A stretch of 60,436 nucleotides of DNA, the filler included, from Diploschistes diacapsis (Eukaryota), in assembly GCA_023645945.1 (NCBI GenBank). It is 7 parts of 7 records of this genome, joined end to end, with 100 filler letters (N's around TTAATTAATTAA, not from the genome) between each part and the next. Parts side by side here need not be neighbours in the genome. Positions count along the whole stretch, not along the records: positions 16,271 to 44,221 come from JALAIB010000157.1; 6 more parts are not named here. One strand, given 5' to 3'. Position 1 is the stretch's first letter. Each line of letters starts with the position of its first letter. A program made the position numbers and the translations under genes. The notes below the pieces were generated by a model that saw only the letters and a list, made by a program, of their open reading frames with translations, had not been told where the DNA came from and did no database searches. Positions 24,873-37,679 of the stretch are shown in pieces.

Positions 24873-25699
24873 TGTTGGAAGACGAGTATGAGTTGGACTT
24901 GGTCTTCAAGTGGATTGATAGTTGCGGACGTGAAAGAACCAAATTGCTTTTTCATCCCCTGTCCCTTGCGTAGTGTCGGGCAGGGCAGGAGTTTAGTTTG
25001 TAATGACGTCCCATGTTCAGAAGCCATCCCCCGCGGAGCAATATGGGTTTTCAATCACTTCATAGCCATTCTATCGACCCAGGTATCACGAATTGGCGCG
25101 ACGGATAGTACCAAGCTAAGTTAGACCGTGGCCGGAGTCAGTAGGCTCTTCGACGGAGGATTTTCGTCCTGGTCGAGTATTTCAGCTCTTGAGTGCGTGG
25201 ACGAAATCTCCTGATTTCTAATCGCATGTCGTCCGTAGCCTGGTTCACGCAAACCACGCGTATGGTTCAACCTCGGATGAATTGTAGAAAGACACGAGCT
25301 CAAGTCTTCAGCGACCTCGAGCAGTGGAGCGAGAAGAAAGCCTCGGAGAACTACGGGTCGCTATTGCATTCCGATGCACAGCTAGGCCGAGGAGGGTGAA
25401 GAGACCTAATTTCGTATCGACATGATCCAGGTATGCCTTGCATTGTCCATTCGCAGGGAAGAGAGAGAGAGAGAGAGATTCTATTTAACGGCTGGCGGGT
25501 CCGTGCATCGAGGCACGTGCCCTAAACGTTCCCGGATCGGGACACAAGCCGCCGAAGGGGAGTCACCCCCCGAATTTCTATCTACTGAATCGTTTACGAA
25601 GCGGGCCCTTCCAGCGCCATTCCGACATAGCTGCTGTCAGTCATGTTTGTTCCTTCTCTAGCGAATGTGTATCTGGCGCCTTCCTCTATGCGCTGGCCG

Positions 25700-27050
25700 T
25701 AGCCCTCCAATGGTGCCGCGGCCCCTATTCATCCCTCAATTTCTTACTCTCCATCCCCTATCCTGACAATGTGTGGGTATCGACGCGTGCGCATGGGTTT
25801 TTTTGTAATCGGTGCCTTGGTCGGTGGTCTTGAGGTCGCAGGTGTTTTGGAACGTTCCTGGGGGGTGGGACTTGGGGTCTGTGGGGTTGTTGGTTCAACC
25901 TCCATATCTCTAGGGGCGTTGGCGGCCGCCTGATTTCAGCTTGCCTCTGGAACCTTTTGGCCGCGTTGGTGGCGCGGATGGTGGCCCTTCTCGCTTGAAT
26001 GATTTGAGGGGTGTTGGGGCGGCGCCGGAGGGCATTTGATATCGTCTGCTGGGTGCGGACCATGGCAGTATAAGCAGCGCGGTGGGCCATCGTAAGCGAT
26101 ACCGTTACATGTCGGATTTTCCTCCTCTTTATGTTCTGGAGAGCCGCATGGGCGGCAACGCCGCTCCCGGACGCATATTCGTTCATTGTGCCACTGAAAA
26201 CAGCGACCGCATTGGATAACTGATATTCTTTTCGGTAGGATACGGGCGTTGACCTCGATCCCCAAGAGGAACATTTTTGATAGATCGGGCGCGGCCTTAG
26301 CTGGATATTTCACCAGCCAGGTAGTCTAGGGTCGTGTGCTGCCGCATTGCTTGGCCACCGTTTGGAATACCTTAAGAGGGGAAACCCATGTCGTCTCTTA
26401 GAGTACCTTCGTCATGTGCGCTTGTGTTATGACGATACGTGTGGGCATGTCTTTCACCTAAGACCGTGATATGGCGAGGGGTGTTGTCGATCCGAACTGA
26501 CCCATTTGGTGGATTTCCTGCTGTGTATTGTCCCCAAAAATTTCGATATCTTCGGGATTGGGGCTTCTGGAGCCTGTAAAGCTTCTTCGGAACCGTGGCT
26601 CGGGTTGATCGCGAACCGGTTGGTAGGATTTCTTTCCATTGCTGGCCTGCGTCTCCGAAACGAGTCTGTAGGTTGTCTACTGGGGCATAGGCTGATATGG
26701 ACTCTAGCGGGATGTTGCTCCGGTAGCCTCACGAATATTCGTTCATCGGTTTTTGTGGGCTTTGTCGAGGGTTTCATGGAGGTTTTGGTTGGTTGCTAGC
26801 TACCTGAGCGTAGGACGCGTCTGGCGGCGTATTCGTGCAGGTTGGAGGAGCTGTTGCAGGAGCAGAGATCGGCATTGAGGCCGAGACTGTGTATGGAATG
26901 GGAGGACATGGTGCGCCTCGAATGAATGTATCGAAATGGCGGGTTGCTACGCATTGGTCTTCGCAGAAATTCTCAACCACACATTTTTGATGGTTTGGGA
27001 TCGCGTTATGTGTCTCTTAGCGAGTATTATCGTAGAGAAGATCAACTAAA
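25700..27050 (-). mobile_element. Degenerate LINE (Tad1-like) ORF1/gag relic; no ORF2 seen
   Basis: SYAQVA, DERIFVRLP..HP, zinc knuckles QCGRCFQWH..C, RCRPCGSPEH, RCLYCHGPHPADDIKCP; frameshifts. Confidence 0.8.
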
Positions 27051-27430
27051 TTCGAGAACATGTTTTGTCTTCCGAAGCACGTTGTTCTGCTGCTTCCACA
27101 GTGGTGATGAGCGCGCCAACGAACATGCTGGCTCTGGGGAGACATAGCCACTCAACTCGATACTGTCCGATGATATTCGCAGTAAAGAGGCTGGGCAGAA
27201 AACTCTTTGATGAAGATTGCTCACGTGTTTTGCTTGTTAATAGCAGTCTGAGCTGAAAGGTGCGGATATTGCTGACTTCCAAAGCAGCAGCATCGCTGAA
27301 AGACAGTGGTGATTAATTGAAAGGCGTTAATGTGATTCTGCTAACAGCATTTTGTTCGTGGTGACCTGCGTCTTTGGAAAGGAGAGGTAACAAGTACTCG
27401 ATGACTTCTGAGCATAGAGCTCCATGTCTC

Positions 27431-29823
27431 TTACTCCTTGATCATCTTTAAATACTCCTCCCATCTCCCCAACGCCCTGATACAGAAGTAAAATCGATAA
27501 TTTGGATACCCGATCATGCAAGTCTCATTGAAGACACCCTCGACGGCCACCTGCTTCTACTCGCCCGTCGGTAGCTGGCGGCTTTGAATGAACTCTAAAC
27601 CTCTCTTCACAACGCCAGCATCTGGATACCTTGCTGACATCAGTGCGAGACAGGCCCAGGGCGTATTCCCCACCTGACTGCTTTCGTGCTCGACGTATTC
27701 TCCCTTCTCGCGCGAGGAGTGATGCTCACCCAGCCACCATCGGTTTTCTGATGCTCAACCAGGAATCGGCAAGCTTTCGCACCCGCTCAGAAAAGGCATA
27801 CGTCCGTCCCACAGTCACCAAGCTTTCCAGAGCGAAAAAGATGGCGTATGTGAAACAGGTGGCCCAGCTTCCGTACCAAGAGCCGTCTGCTCTCTGTGAG
27901 TGTTCGATAAAGCCTGTTGTTCGCTTGATGGTTCTTTGGATGTCCGTCGTGCGGTAGGTTGGGTAACACTGTCGGAAGAGGGAGAGCGAGGCCAGGACCG
28001 CAGTGGTGCATTCTGGGTAAGAATAATCGACCATGATCTTATTGAAGAGCTCCGCGGGGTTCAAGAGTTCCCATGTATGGTCCGCCTCATGCGCGCTCAT
28101 AGCTGCCGAAGCTGCCGTCGGTGTTTTGCATTGTGAGGAGAGTATCTACGCAGTCCTCAAGGCGGGATGGGGCAATTAGAGGGTCCAGATCACTAGAGAA
28201 ACATCAATAAGACTATACTCCCTACGATGAGGCTAGAATCATCATAGCTATCGTGCAGGAAGCGATGAAGGTCCCTGAAAAATGGGACAAGATTTAAGCG
28301 ACATACTATTCCTCTTGAAGCAGCAGAGCAGCCTTCATACCCTCAGCAGAACAATCAGAAACAATATATCCGTTATCATGTGTACTAATCGGCCAACCTC
28401 TCTTCCTTTTCGGACGATATGGGTCTACTAGATCATCCCTGAACTGCTAAATGTCAAGAAATTGCAAGGCTTTCTCCAACATGAGGCGGAATTCAGGTCG
28501 CTTGCCAAGACCAGCCTCTGCAACAGCAATGGCAGTAAAAGCGGTATTCCAGAGCTGAACTCCATTTGTGCCTCCAACTCGTCATGCCTTTCTCTCTGAG
28601 CCAGAGGTAGGTGGAGAGCTTCTCGGCGTGCCGAGCGGTAGCTTCCTTGTTTCCAGAAAGATTGACTGCGACCATGTGAAAAGCTTTGTTAACAGGTGCA
28701 AGGTCATTGTAGGATGTATTCTCGTCTTCACAGCGGATCACACTCAGGACAGCCGTGTTTGATTTCTCATGGATCCACTTTGGTTGAAGATAGGACTCCC
28801 AGAAACTGAGCATGGAATTCATAACCTTCAAAGGGGCGTTCGGCGAGCGCTTCAGGTCAGTTGGCGCGACATTGTTACGTTGATCCTTGAAGTTGATTGA
28901 GGAGTATGGTTGGATATAGATCTCGGTTCTCAGCTGTTCCAGAAACAGATTCAAAGACAGCCGATATTGTTCGCATAGAGGTAGGAAGTTGGTAGATGAA
29001 CGACTCAACACTGAACCCGCCATCTCCATAGATGGATTAGCACCCAGTCTGGTAGAAGCTTAGTGTGGTATGAGTGATCCCCTCTCGATACATTGTTGAC
29101 TTACCAGAGCTTAAGAGGCACCGGGTTAATACCTTCCTATTCGTAAAGACTCTAGCAGGAAAGCTAATACTTCCCCCATTGAAGATTGCCGATAGCGTCA
29201 CCTGGAGGAATCAGACATTTGTCATTACTTCGAATTTAAGATAATCATGCAGAGAGAAAGGATCTTTTTCCTCGCTTTGGCCGCAACTGGATGTTCCGGC
29301 TTCATGCCCAGGAGTCTGAGAACCATATAGTACAGCGTTTTAGCGAAAAGCATCGAACCATCTTCAGTGTGTAGACCCCAGCCACCATCTGCGTTAACCA
29401 TGTTCACAATGTAGGGTGCAATCTCGATCTTCTATTCTTCAGGGAATCGAGAACTGGTGATGCACAGACCAAAGACCAGTCCTGGGAGTAGAAAGCTAGG
29501 ACCACCATAGTCACAAGCCCAATGTCCGTCTGGGAGCTGCAGATATTCATAGAACTTCAACCCGTTCACAACTGTCTCGGGAACGTAGTCGGTTTAGGCA
29601 GGTCGGGGCATTCTGCTTCTTCGTAAGGTCACTCTTCAATGTCCTACGAAACTCCAACTTACCGTTGTGAGATCGAGTAAAACCTTTCCGCAAAGGATTG
29701 TGGCGACCTCTCGGATTGTTCTGCCGTAAGGTAGAGCCATTGATGAGCCCCTCGGTTGCTTTTCAAGCGCCACCGACTAAGTTCTGTAGTCGCTAGAGCT
29801 TTGTTACTTTCAATTGTAGACAT
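27431..29823 (-). pseudogene. Oxidosqualene cyclase (ERG7/lanosterol-synthase paralog) pseudogene
   Basis: [107 protein letters not shown]; internal stops and frameshifts. Confidence 0.93.
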
Positions 29824-30052
29824 AGATGATAGAGCCTGGATTACACCGCAAGAGATGAGAGTTGAGGCAGGAAGGCCGTGCAAATAAATAACATAGATGC
29901 AAGGGCATTCGGAAGGTCCTTGAATTGGCGAATCAGTTTCATTTGTGTTAAGTATGAATTGCCTAACTACCGCCAGCCTACACCTGATACCATTCCATCT
30001 ATTCCCACTTGAAAAAAACACTTGGAATTAGATTGTGCACTTTCCCTGTAAG

Positions 30053-31939
30053 TTACTGCTTCTCTCCTCTAATTTCTGCGCTAATGCGTCCAAGCCTGGC
30101 CAAATTCAACATCATTGAAATCGATGATATCTGTTTTGGCAGCTGCCATTCTGTCCCTAATTACCTTCACAAATTCTGGACCGTGGCGTTCTATATCCAC
30201 TCTGTACGGCTTTGGGTTGGTGACAAGTCCGGCTGCAAAGAGCTTCAGCGCCAGTACTAAAAGTTTGAGGAGTGTTTATCAATTTTTGCATCCATAGCCA
30301 GGCGCGGTGCTCCAGCCAGAGGCTTGAGATTGAATGCCCACAACGCGCGAGCAACAACGACGTGAGGACTTGCTTCTGCCACGCAAGTGCCTTGACGAAG
30401 CCTGCGCCCGAAGCCATAGTGGAAATGGTCTCTTCGCATGAAGTCAGGGTGCAATGCTGATGGCGATGCATCTAGATCGTCGTCGATGAATGGAGCGGAG
30501 TCAACTCTTCAGGATGCTCGTTCTGGTGAGCGGCTTAGAGCAAGTCAAATTCGGGAAAATGATTGTCCCATTTGGAACCGTGCGGTCCTCGAACACATCG
30601 GCCTTTGAAGTTGCATGAGGAATCCCGAGGCTTCCGATTGGGGCCCAACAATGTACCTCTTTGTTCAACGCTAGGACATATGGCAAGGAAGATTCATCTT
30701 TCGACTTAGGGATTCGAGATGCCCCAACCACACAGTCCAGTTCTTGCATACTATAAGCAAACACCTCTCAGTGACTTGGCACTTACCTTCTCGTGCCTGT
30801 CGCAGAGCATCAGGATGAAGAGCCATGACTTGAAAGAACGATTGCAAATATGACAACGTTGTATCTGCGCCTGCGCTAATCAGCATGGTAAGTATGTCGC
30901 AGGCTCAGTCGCCATTGATGCCTTCCTCATCCTGAATCTGTATGCAAAATTCTGTTTTCATTTCTGTTTTCGAGCTCGTGGATCTTGTACCTGGACAAGG
31001 AGGCTGCCAAAGCAACTAGGCGCTGCATTTTGTTCAACCTGCTATTTCAGTGTCTTGAGAAAGGCTCTGCGGAGCTTTTGCTCGCGTTCTCTCAAAAATT
31101 TAGCAAGCTTCAAGGCAGGTAGGTTTGAAGAAAAGGGGGAAAGTCCAAGAGTAAAGACCCCGGCTGGAACTCTGCATATAAGCTCGCATTAGAATACTTT
31201 CCCTTGTTTCGATCATCTTGACAGCTGACATTCAAGCATAACCTCCCACACAGCATAAAATTCAGTCATGACTGGGTGACCGAGTTGAGCAAGACGGACT
31301 CCATAGCACGCACTGAAGATCACACTCATCGCGAAGCGTTCGACATCCATGAGGAATTCATCTGGACTGTCCAACAGCGCTGTCGTAAGACAGATGAACT
31401 CAAATTCTTGCTATTACGGAATTCAGATGACTGCTGCGAGCCGAGGACATGATGATACATTCTTCTCAGTAGTCGAGACATCTCGCCTGTTGGCGTTGTC
31501 ACAAGTCTCCATGGCCAAGCTTTAGCGCGGAAAATCGTTCTGTTCGGGACGCAAAGAATATAGCATACCTCGCTATTGCAGATATCAGGTGGCGATTATT
31601 TGCTCAAATCAGGCATGTCAACCTTGTCCAACAACTCCTTCGCTACTCTTGGGGGAGCTTACTATCATCACGGGGTTAAGTCCAAACCATAGCTTGCAAT
31701 GACTTCCGAACTTACGGGCTAATTTCAGGAGCTCCTTGTCTGGTCCCGCTTGTAGAGCAAAGAATGTGGAACGGTTACCGAGCAGAGGTAGTCTAACTCG
31801 GCCATCTGGGTATTTGTTTGGCTTCGATTTGGAAAAGCAGCCTGAAGTCACTGACAGTACAACTGCAAGCGGAAGAGTAAAACGCAGAAAGCGAGAGAGA
31901 GGCATTGAGCCAAAGGTCTGTATTCTCAACGAAGGCCAT
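30053..31939 (-). pseudogene. Cytochrome P450 pseudogene
   Basis: LPLLGN, AGADTT, LPYV.A..KEV..W.P..LGIPHA, heme motif HYGFGRRLRQG with Cys replaced by Arg; frameshifts. Confidence 0.88.
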
Positions 31940-32749
31940 TCTTTCTGGGAAATTTACTCTCTACTACGGCTTCGAAAAAGAAGAGCAGGTCAAGCCTTTA
32001 TTTGTAATGAAGGTAGACGCAGTTATGCCACCACTTACCGAGCCACAGTCAAAAAATGGGCTGTTCTGCGGCACTTGGTGATGAAAGTCCCCTGCATGCA
32101 CACTGCTTGCTGTGGCTAGATGTTGAGGATTGATGCTATTCACAGCAGCCCATTGCTGGAAATTGGCATTGAGCATTCAACATTCCAGCTACTGTTATCG
32201 CCATTGTCCAAGGTGGAAAACTGCCAGTGATGCCCGAAAAAGCCTTCTCTCGACCCCTTCTCCTGACCGAAGCTAGCGACGATTAAAGCTACATGGGTAC
32301 GGCTTGAATCCGTAGACAGTCCAACTTTAATCAGGGAGGTAGATGCTCGGCTCTCGAGGTGCTGCTAACACGTTGCTATGCACACCGAATATGAAAAGAC
32401 GCAAAAAGGAGTGCTACACAAGAGGTGCCATTTGCATAAAGTTCGATAAGCATATGGAACACACAAAGATAGTCGACGCCCTCTGGATTTCGAGATCAAG
32501 CTTGTAGTAGCGCTCATCTGTGGAGGCATCTGGCCGGTCGGTCGGTTGGGCGACCAGGGTCTGTCTAGCTGGTTTTGGAAGCTCCAGGATTTGCCTGATC
32601 GGCATCGGCAGCCATGCTTTCCAATTCAGGGCCGCTTCACTCTTACGTGTAATCACATACATCAACGTTGCAATCAGCGCTGCGGGATTACGGCGTTTTC
32701 GATAGCAGGTCAGAGTTGCATCAGTAAAAACTTGCGTTCGGTCTTCATC

Positions 32750-35575
32750 CCTCACATCGTATTCGCAAGCCACTCGCTACACCTGCTTGTCCCTTGTCCA
32801 TCCCAACTAGACCCCCAAAAGCAAAGGACCCTGTGCACTGTTCCAATGACCAAATAGCGTTCTTGATTGCTCAAGTCAGCATGTGGCCAATTCTCAAAGA
32901 GAAGGAAGAGTAGTACGAGCGTGGAGTCCACACCAAATCGATCGATCTTGCAGCCTGTCGATGCCGCAGCTGCATCAATACCGTAGAGATAGTGCAAGGC
33001 TCCATGTGTGCGCGTGGAAGTACGACTCCAAGAACCAGGTCTGCTTGGTTGCCTGGCAGCTAGCGACATCTCACTCGTGAACCCTACGAGATCGGATGTG
33101 GCTGGCTTACTCCCGGGCACATCCTCCATAGCCACTCAAGATGCCATAGCTGAACTGTCGATAGTGAGGGTCCATAACCACCAAAGACACCTGTGGTTAG
33201 GCTCACAATCATCGCAAGCAGTGGCCCGTTCTCTCTCCTGGTTAGCATCGACACGCAACTCGCTAGTCCATAGACGCCTGGCCGAGAAAGCGCGATTAGC
33301 ATCCAAAGCTGTGATAGCGCATTTACCGAGCTTTCAAAAGAACCATACGACTTACAGTAGAAATATAACAAGTTAGCTGCATACAGCGTGGAAAATGCAT
33401 GATTGGGGTAGCTAAGATCGCGAAGAAAGTAGTGAAATGCAAGGCTAAGAAGCTTAGCCGGAACAGCGTCGATGCCACTCTACCAATGAAACATGCAGAT
33501 CGGCTCTGACCCGCACTGGCTTCCCGCCAATAAACTACCTCTGTAAATAAGGTGTCAGCCATCAGACTGCACAGGGGAATCTCATTACCTACTCTCTTCA
33601 CCACCGGTCTTGACATCCGGAGCAGCGGCAGCGAGTTCTAGCAAGGTTAGATAGAATATGGAGCAATACAAGATGACTCGCCAATGGCTAGACTGTTAAG
33701 AAGGCCGAGCTCTGGAAGGAGTGTATGGTCCATCGCACTGGATAGCGGTTGAAAGGGGCCTAAGAAGACGCCTTGGAAAAAGCAGCCCGTCAAGCCTGCG
33801 GGCTGAAAGACCAATCGAAAGCCCTGTGATAGCTCCAACGAAGATTTCGAGAAAGAAAGTCTTCAGCTGCCCGCATTGCTGCTGCAGAGAACGTAGAAAG
33901 CAATGATAGGCTTGCACGTGCCATTTCGCACCCCTCTGGGAGGCAGATTGGATCAAGTTTGCAAGCTCTGCGGAGCGATTCAAAGTGTCTCTTTGGGCCG
34001 TTAATTTTTCTGATATACATTCTAGTTGCTGCTTCTGCATCCAACGCGATGCTAGATGTAAGATTAGATCGCCGGACGGTTCTTGGGCGTTGGCTGTCCA
34101 ATACCGGCGACCGTGCCCTGAGATGATATCCATGATGGCATCCGCTAGGTTGTTCTGAGCTAGTACGTCGAATCCTGCCTTTATGAAATACTGCACGGCT
34201 TCTGAGACATTGCCAAAGTAGATTTCGCGTCCTCGGGACAGGAGTATCAACCGGTCAAGAGATCGCCCATATCTCTATCCGCGGCTGATGAATGATGAAC
34301 AGTAACACCAAGGCGGCAGAACTCTTTCAATAATCTTATAATGTCCAGAGCCGAAGTCGAATCAAGTTCAGAGGTCGGTTCATTAAGGAATAAAGGCTAA
34401 TGGCGCCGCTGCAAGCTCAATCCCAATATTTACACGCTTTCTCTGACCGCCAGATATACGAGGGTTAATAGAGTGACGAGGTTGTCTTTGATGTGTGTCA
34501 ATTTCAGGCAATCCGAAAGAATATCCACGTGCTCGCAGATCCAGAGTCTGTCCATTTGGACGGTAACCGTATCCTGGCTGAGTGCAGCAGGGTTCTCTCT
34601 CACCGTAAGCTCTGGAGTAACGACGTCTTTTTGAGGAACATAACCGATGATCTTCTTTAGTTGAGAGATCCGAGATGCCCGTTAACGAAGATCTCACCTT
34701 CTGCGCTTTTCTCCTTGCCCATAAGTACACGCACAAACGTCGATTTGGCAGTGCCCGAAGCGCCCATGACTGCTGGTATAGAGCCCGGCCCGACGTTACC
34801 AGAGACATTCTGTAGGATGTGATTTCCATTCCGTTGACGCCCAAGTCCTTCGAACTTGGCTTCTAAGGCTATGTTTTCGGAGCCAATGCATTTCTGCAGT
34901 GACCTGACAAAACGAGAGAGATCTGGATCCATGGAGTCGAAGTTCTCCTGCTGGTACGCCATCCTAATTCAACTGCTGGATTCATCTTCAAGAAGACTTG
35001 GACGGATCCTTTCTTGCTTCAGTTTCGTGTAAAGCCCCGCGGGAGAAAGCGATGCTCCCCAAAGTCCTGTACCGCTATGATAGCAAGCACAGCGGCATCA
35101 AGAATGCCAACGAGCAGACTCATAAAGACCGTAAGATGAAGGACAGGTGTTGAACAGCGCTTCAAGACGGGTTATCTGACACGCTACAGTAGGGTAGCGA
35201 TATTGCGGAGGCCTTTCCACAGTATTATTTGGACCAGAAGCAGCAGTCATATCTTCACAGATCTTCTTACGGAAGAAGCCCAAATTACAGTTGTTGGTCT
35301 GCGTCAATGACACAGGCGCAGCGCCGCTCAAGCAAAGGGAAGAATTGCTCATGGCTGTAGGCAATCAATAGCTGGGTAGCTGATTAGAATTGATAAAAAC
35401 ACAAAGATATTAGCACTTTGCTAGATGGACTTCGCTTTCGGTATTCCGATGACAGTGCATTTGTATGAAGGCACACGTAAGGAGCTCCGAGCCCATTAGT
35501 GGTAAATATTGCGGGATATAAAAAGTCCTCCAATCCCAGCTTGTATTTTGTGCAGCGGATACAAAATACAGCATG
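32750..35575 (-). pseudogene. ABCG half-transporter (white/ADP1-like, Cys-rich N-terminus) pseudogene
   Basis: Degenerate Walker A MGASGTAKST, signature ISGGQRKRVNIGIEL, EPTSELDSTSA, FIIQPR, NLADAIMDII, TM-region relics; frames broken. Confidence 0.85.
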
Positions 35576-36408
35576 GCTTTCGCCCCCCAGAGCGAACAGT
35601 TCGTGATCTCAATGCTATGTGGCAGTTTGTTAGGAACTAGACAATCACTTTCCTGAGTTTAGTCCATGGCGGACTGGTGACCGCTTCTAGAACAAGGAGC
35701 TAAGCGGTGACACCATGGCGTTGATGAAGCTGCATATCTCGCTCGCCAGAATCTCACTCCATACTCACCACAAGGGAGAGAAAGGCGACGTGGCTGGCTA
35801 GCGTTGTCACCATCCAGAACACCGCGAACAACCTATAAGCGGTACGAGTTAGAGAGCTGGACTGGCAGCCAAAGGAGCATCGAGACTGTATCTGACGTCA
35901 TGTGATCGGCTTCTGCAAGTACGAGGCTCAGGGCAGGATGGGTTGGACGAAAACTGCCACGGGCCAGGCGAATGCATCTTTGATGCCATTACGGCTGCTG
36001 ACTGCTGACGGGATCTTAGACAAGTTCTATCGTAAGATCCTAGCTCCATTGCCTAATGAGACCCAAGGGAGCTGAGTTGCAAGCTGACCAGTACATCTAG
36101 CTTTGGGGTTTCGCCAGGCGCAGTGGTAGTTGAGAAAGGCAATGAATTACAGGGCGTGTTGATAAGAAAATTAGGCGTGTCTGTAACTCGACGGTGAGCA
36201 GACTGTTTCCATGATGCCTCCACTGCCACCACCTTCTCCAGAGCCTTCCAAAGCCTCAAGATACGTGGCCACCTTGGAGTTGTACAATGCAGCCAGGCGC
36301 TGCTCGCCAACCCAGTTAAGTGTTCTCTCTCTATTCCCGGCTTTCTACATTACCTGTTGACCATTCTGGCTCTACGATTCATACATCTTGTGTCTATTCG
36401 CATTCATC

Positions 36409-37679
36409 ATGTCAACTTTAGCTGGTGGTGAGTTTGGCCCGGGCGATATCAAATACCAGCTTGACCATTGGGACGACAATGAAAGCCCTGTCATAATTGC
36501 CGTGACTACGGTGCTGTTTGTAGGGGCGCTGGTCTCTGTGGTCTTGCGGCTACTCGCCCGTAAAGTGAAGCACCTGCGACTCGACTGGGATGACTATTGG
36601 ATTATCTTGTCGCTGGTCAGTCAGAGCTTGCAAAATTTAGGTCAATGAAAAACTAACGCGAATTAGATGTTCGCGACGGGACTCTGGGTTGAGACGTTGT
36701 TGCTTGGTACGAAGAACTCATAGTCTGTTACTCTTGCTCATCCCATCAGCTGTACGCTATGGCGCTGGCATCCACTCTCTTCGGGCTGGTGTACCAATCA
36801 TGGTGGAAAACCTCAAAGTGAGCCGCAGTTGCTATTGGGCGCGACTTATGTGATAACGGATACTCAAGCTTCTTTTCGCGTTGGAATTGACATACAACTT
36901 TGCTCATCCCGCAATCAAGATATCAATCCTCTTGCTATACAGGAAGCTCTTCACCCTGAACGAGCCCAAGTTCAAGATCGCCTGGTACGCTTTGCTGGCA
37001 TACGTTATCGCTTGTTGGATGATTTGTGTGACCTTGATCCTCACTCAGTGCACGCCTCTAAGCTTTTCATGGGAACAGCCTCTACTAGTCCCTGGAAGTT
37101 GTCTCAATCTTAAGGGAACCGAGGTGAGCGGTGGACTCTTAATCGCTATAGCCGATCTTGGCTTGTTAATCATGCCCTGGCCTATGCTTTGGTCTTTGAA
37201 GATGTCCTTCAGGAGGAAAGCGCAACTATGTGCCTTGTTCGCCTCCGGTGTCGCGTAAGTCTAGCTCAAGCTTCATTAAGCCAGAAGGCTTTTTGCTGAA
37301 GCCTTCAGAGCCTTAACCGCTAGCATCATTCGGCTGGTGTATCTGATACCAGTCTCTTCAAGCGTGGATTTCACGTGTATGTAGTGCCGCAATCTTGCTG
37401 GAAAACTCGCTCATACGGACATCAGATGTCGAAACGAGTCCCCTGATATGGTCCGTCCTCGAAGTCGACGTAGGCATTGCTTGTGCTTGCATCCCAAATC
37501 TGCCGCCTCTTTTCAACCGAAACCAGAGACTGATGAGTTCAGAAGCAAGGTATACATCAAGCAGCTACTCTCGCTGGCTGAAAGAGACATTCTCTGCGTT
37601 CAAGAACCAGCCCTGGCGCAGAGGAGCGCAGAACACAGGCTACTTTCGCTCTCGAGATGATAATCTGGGGGGCAAATGA
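36409..37679 (+). CDS. Pth11-like (fungal rhodopsin-domain) integral membrane protein, multi-exon
   Basis: VVLRLLARK..L.WDDY, IKISILLLYRKLF, QCTPL..W..C, DL..LIMP.P.LW.L.M..RRK, WSVLEVDVGIACACIP. Confidence 0.85.

Noticed and set aside
27431..29823. The housekeeping ERG7 gene
   Set aside because: Multiple stops and frameshifts, the His-to-Gln change and the cluster context; an essential gene would be intact.
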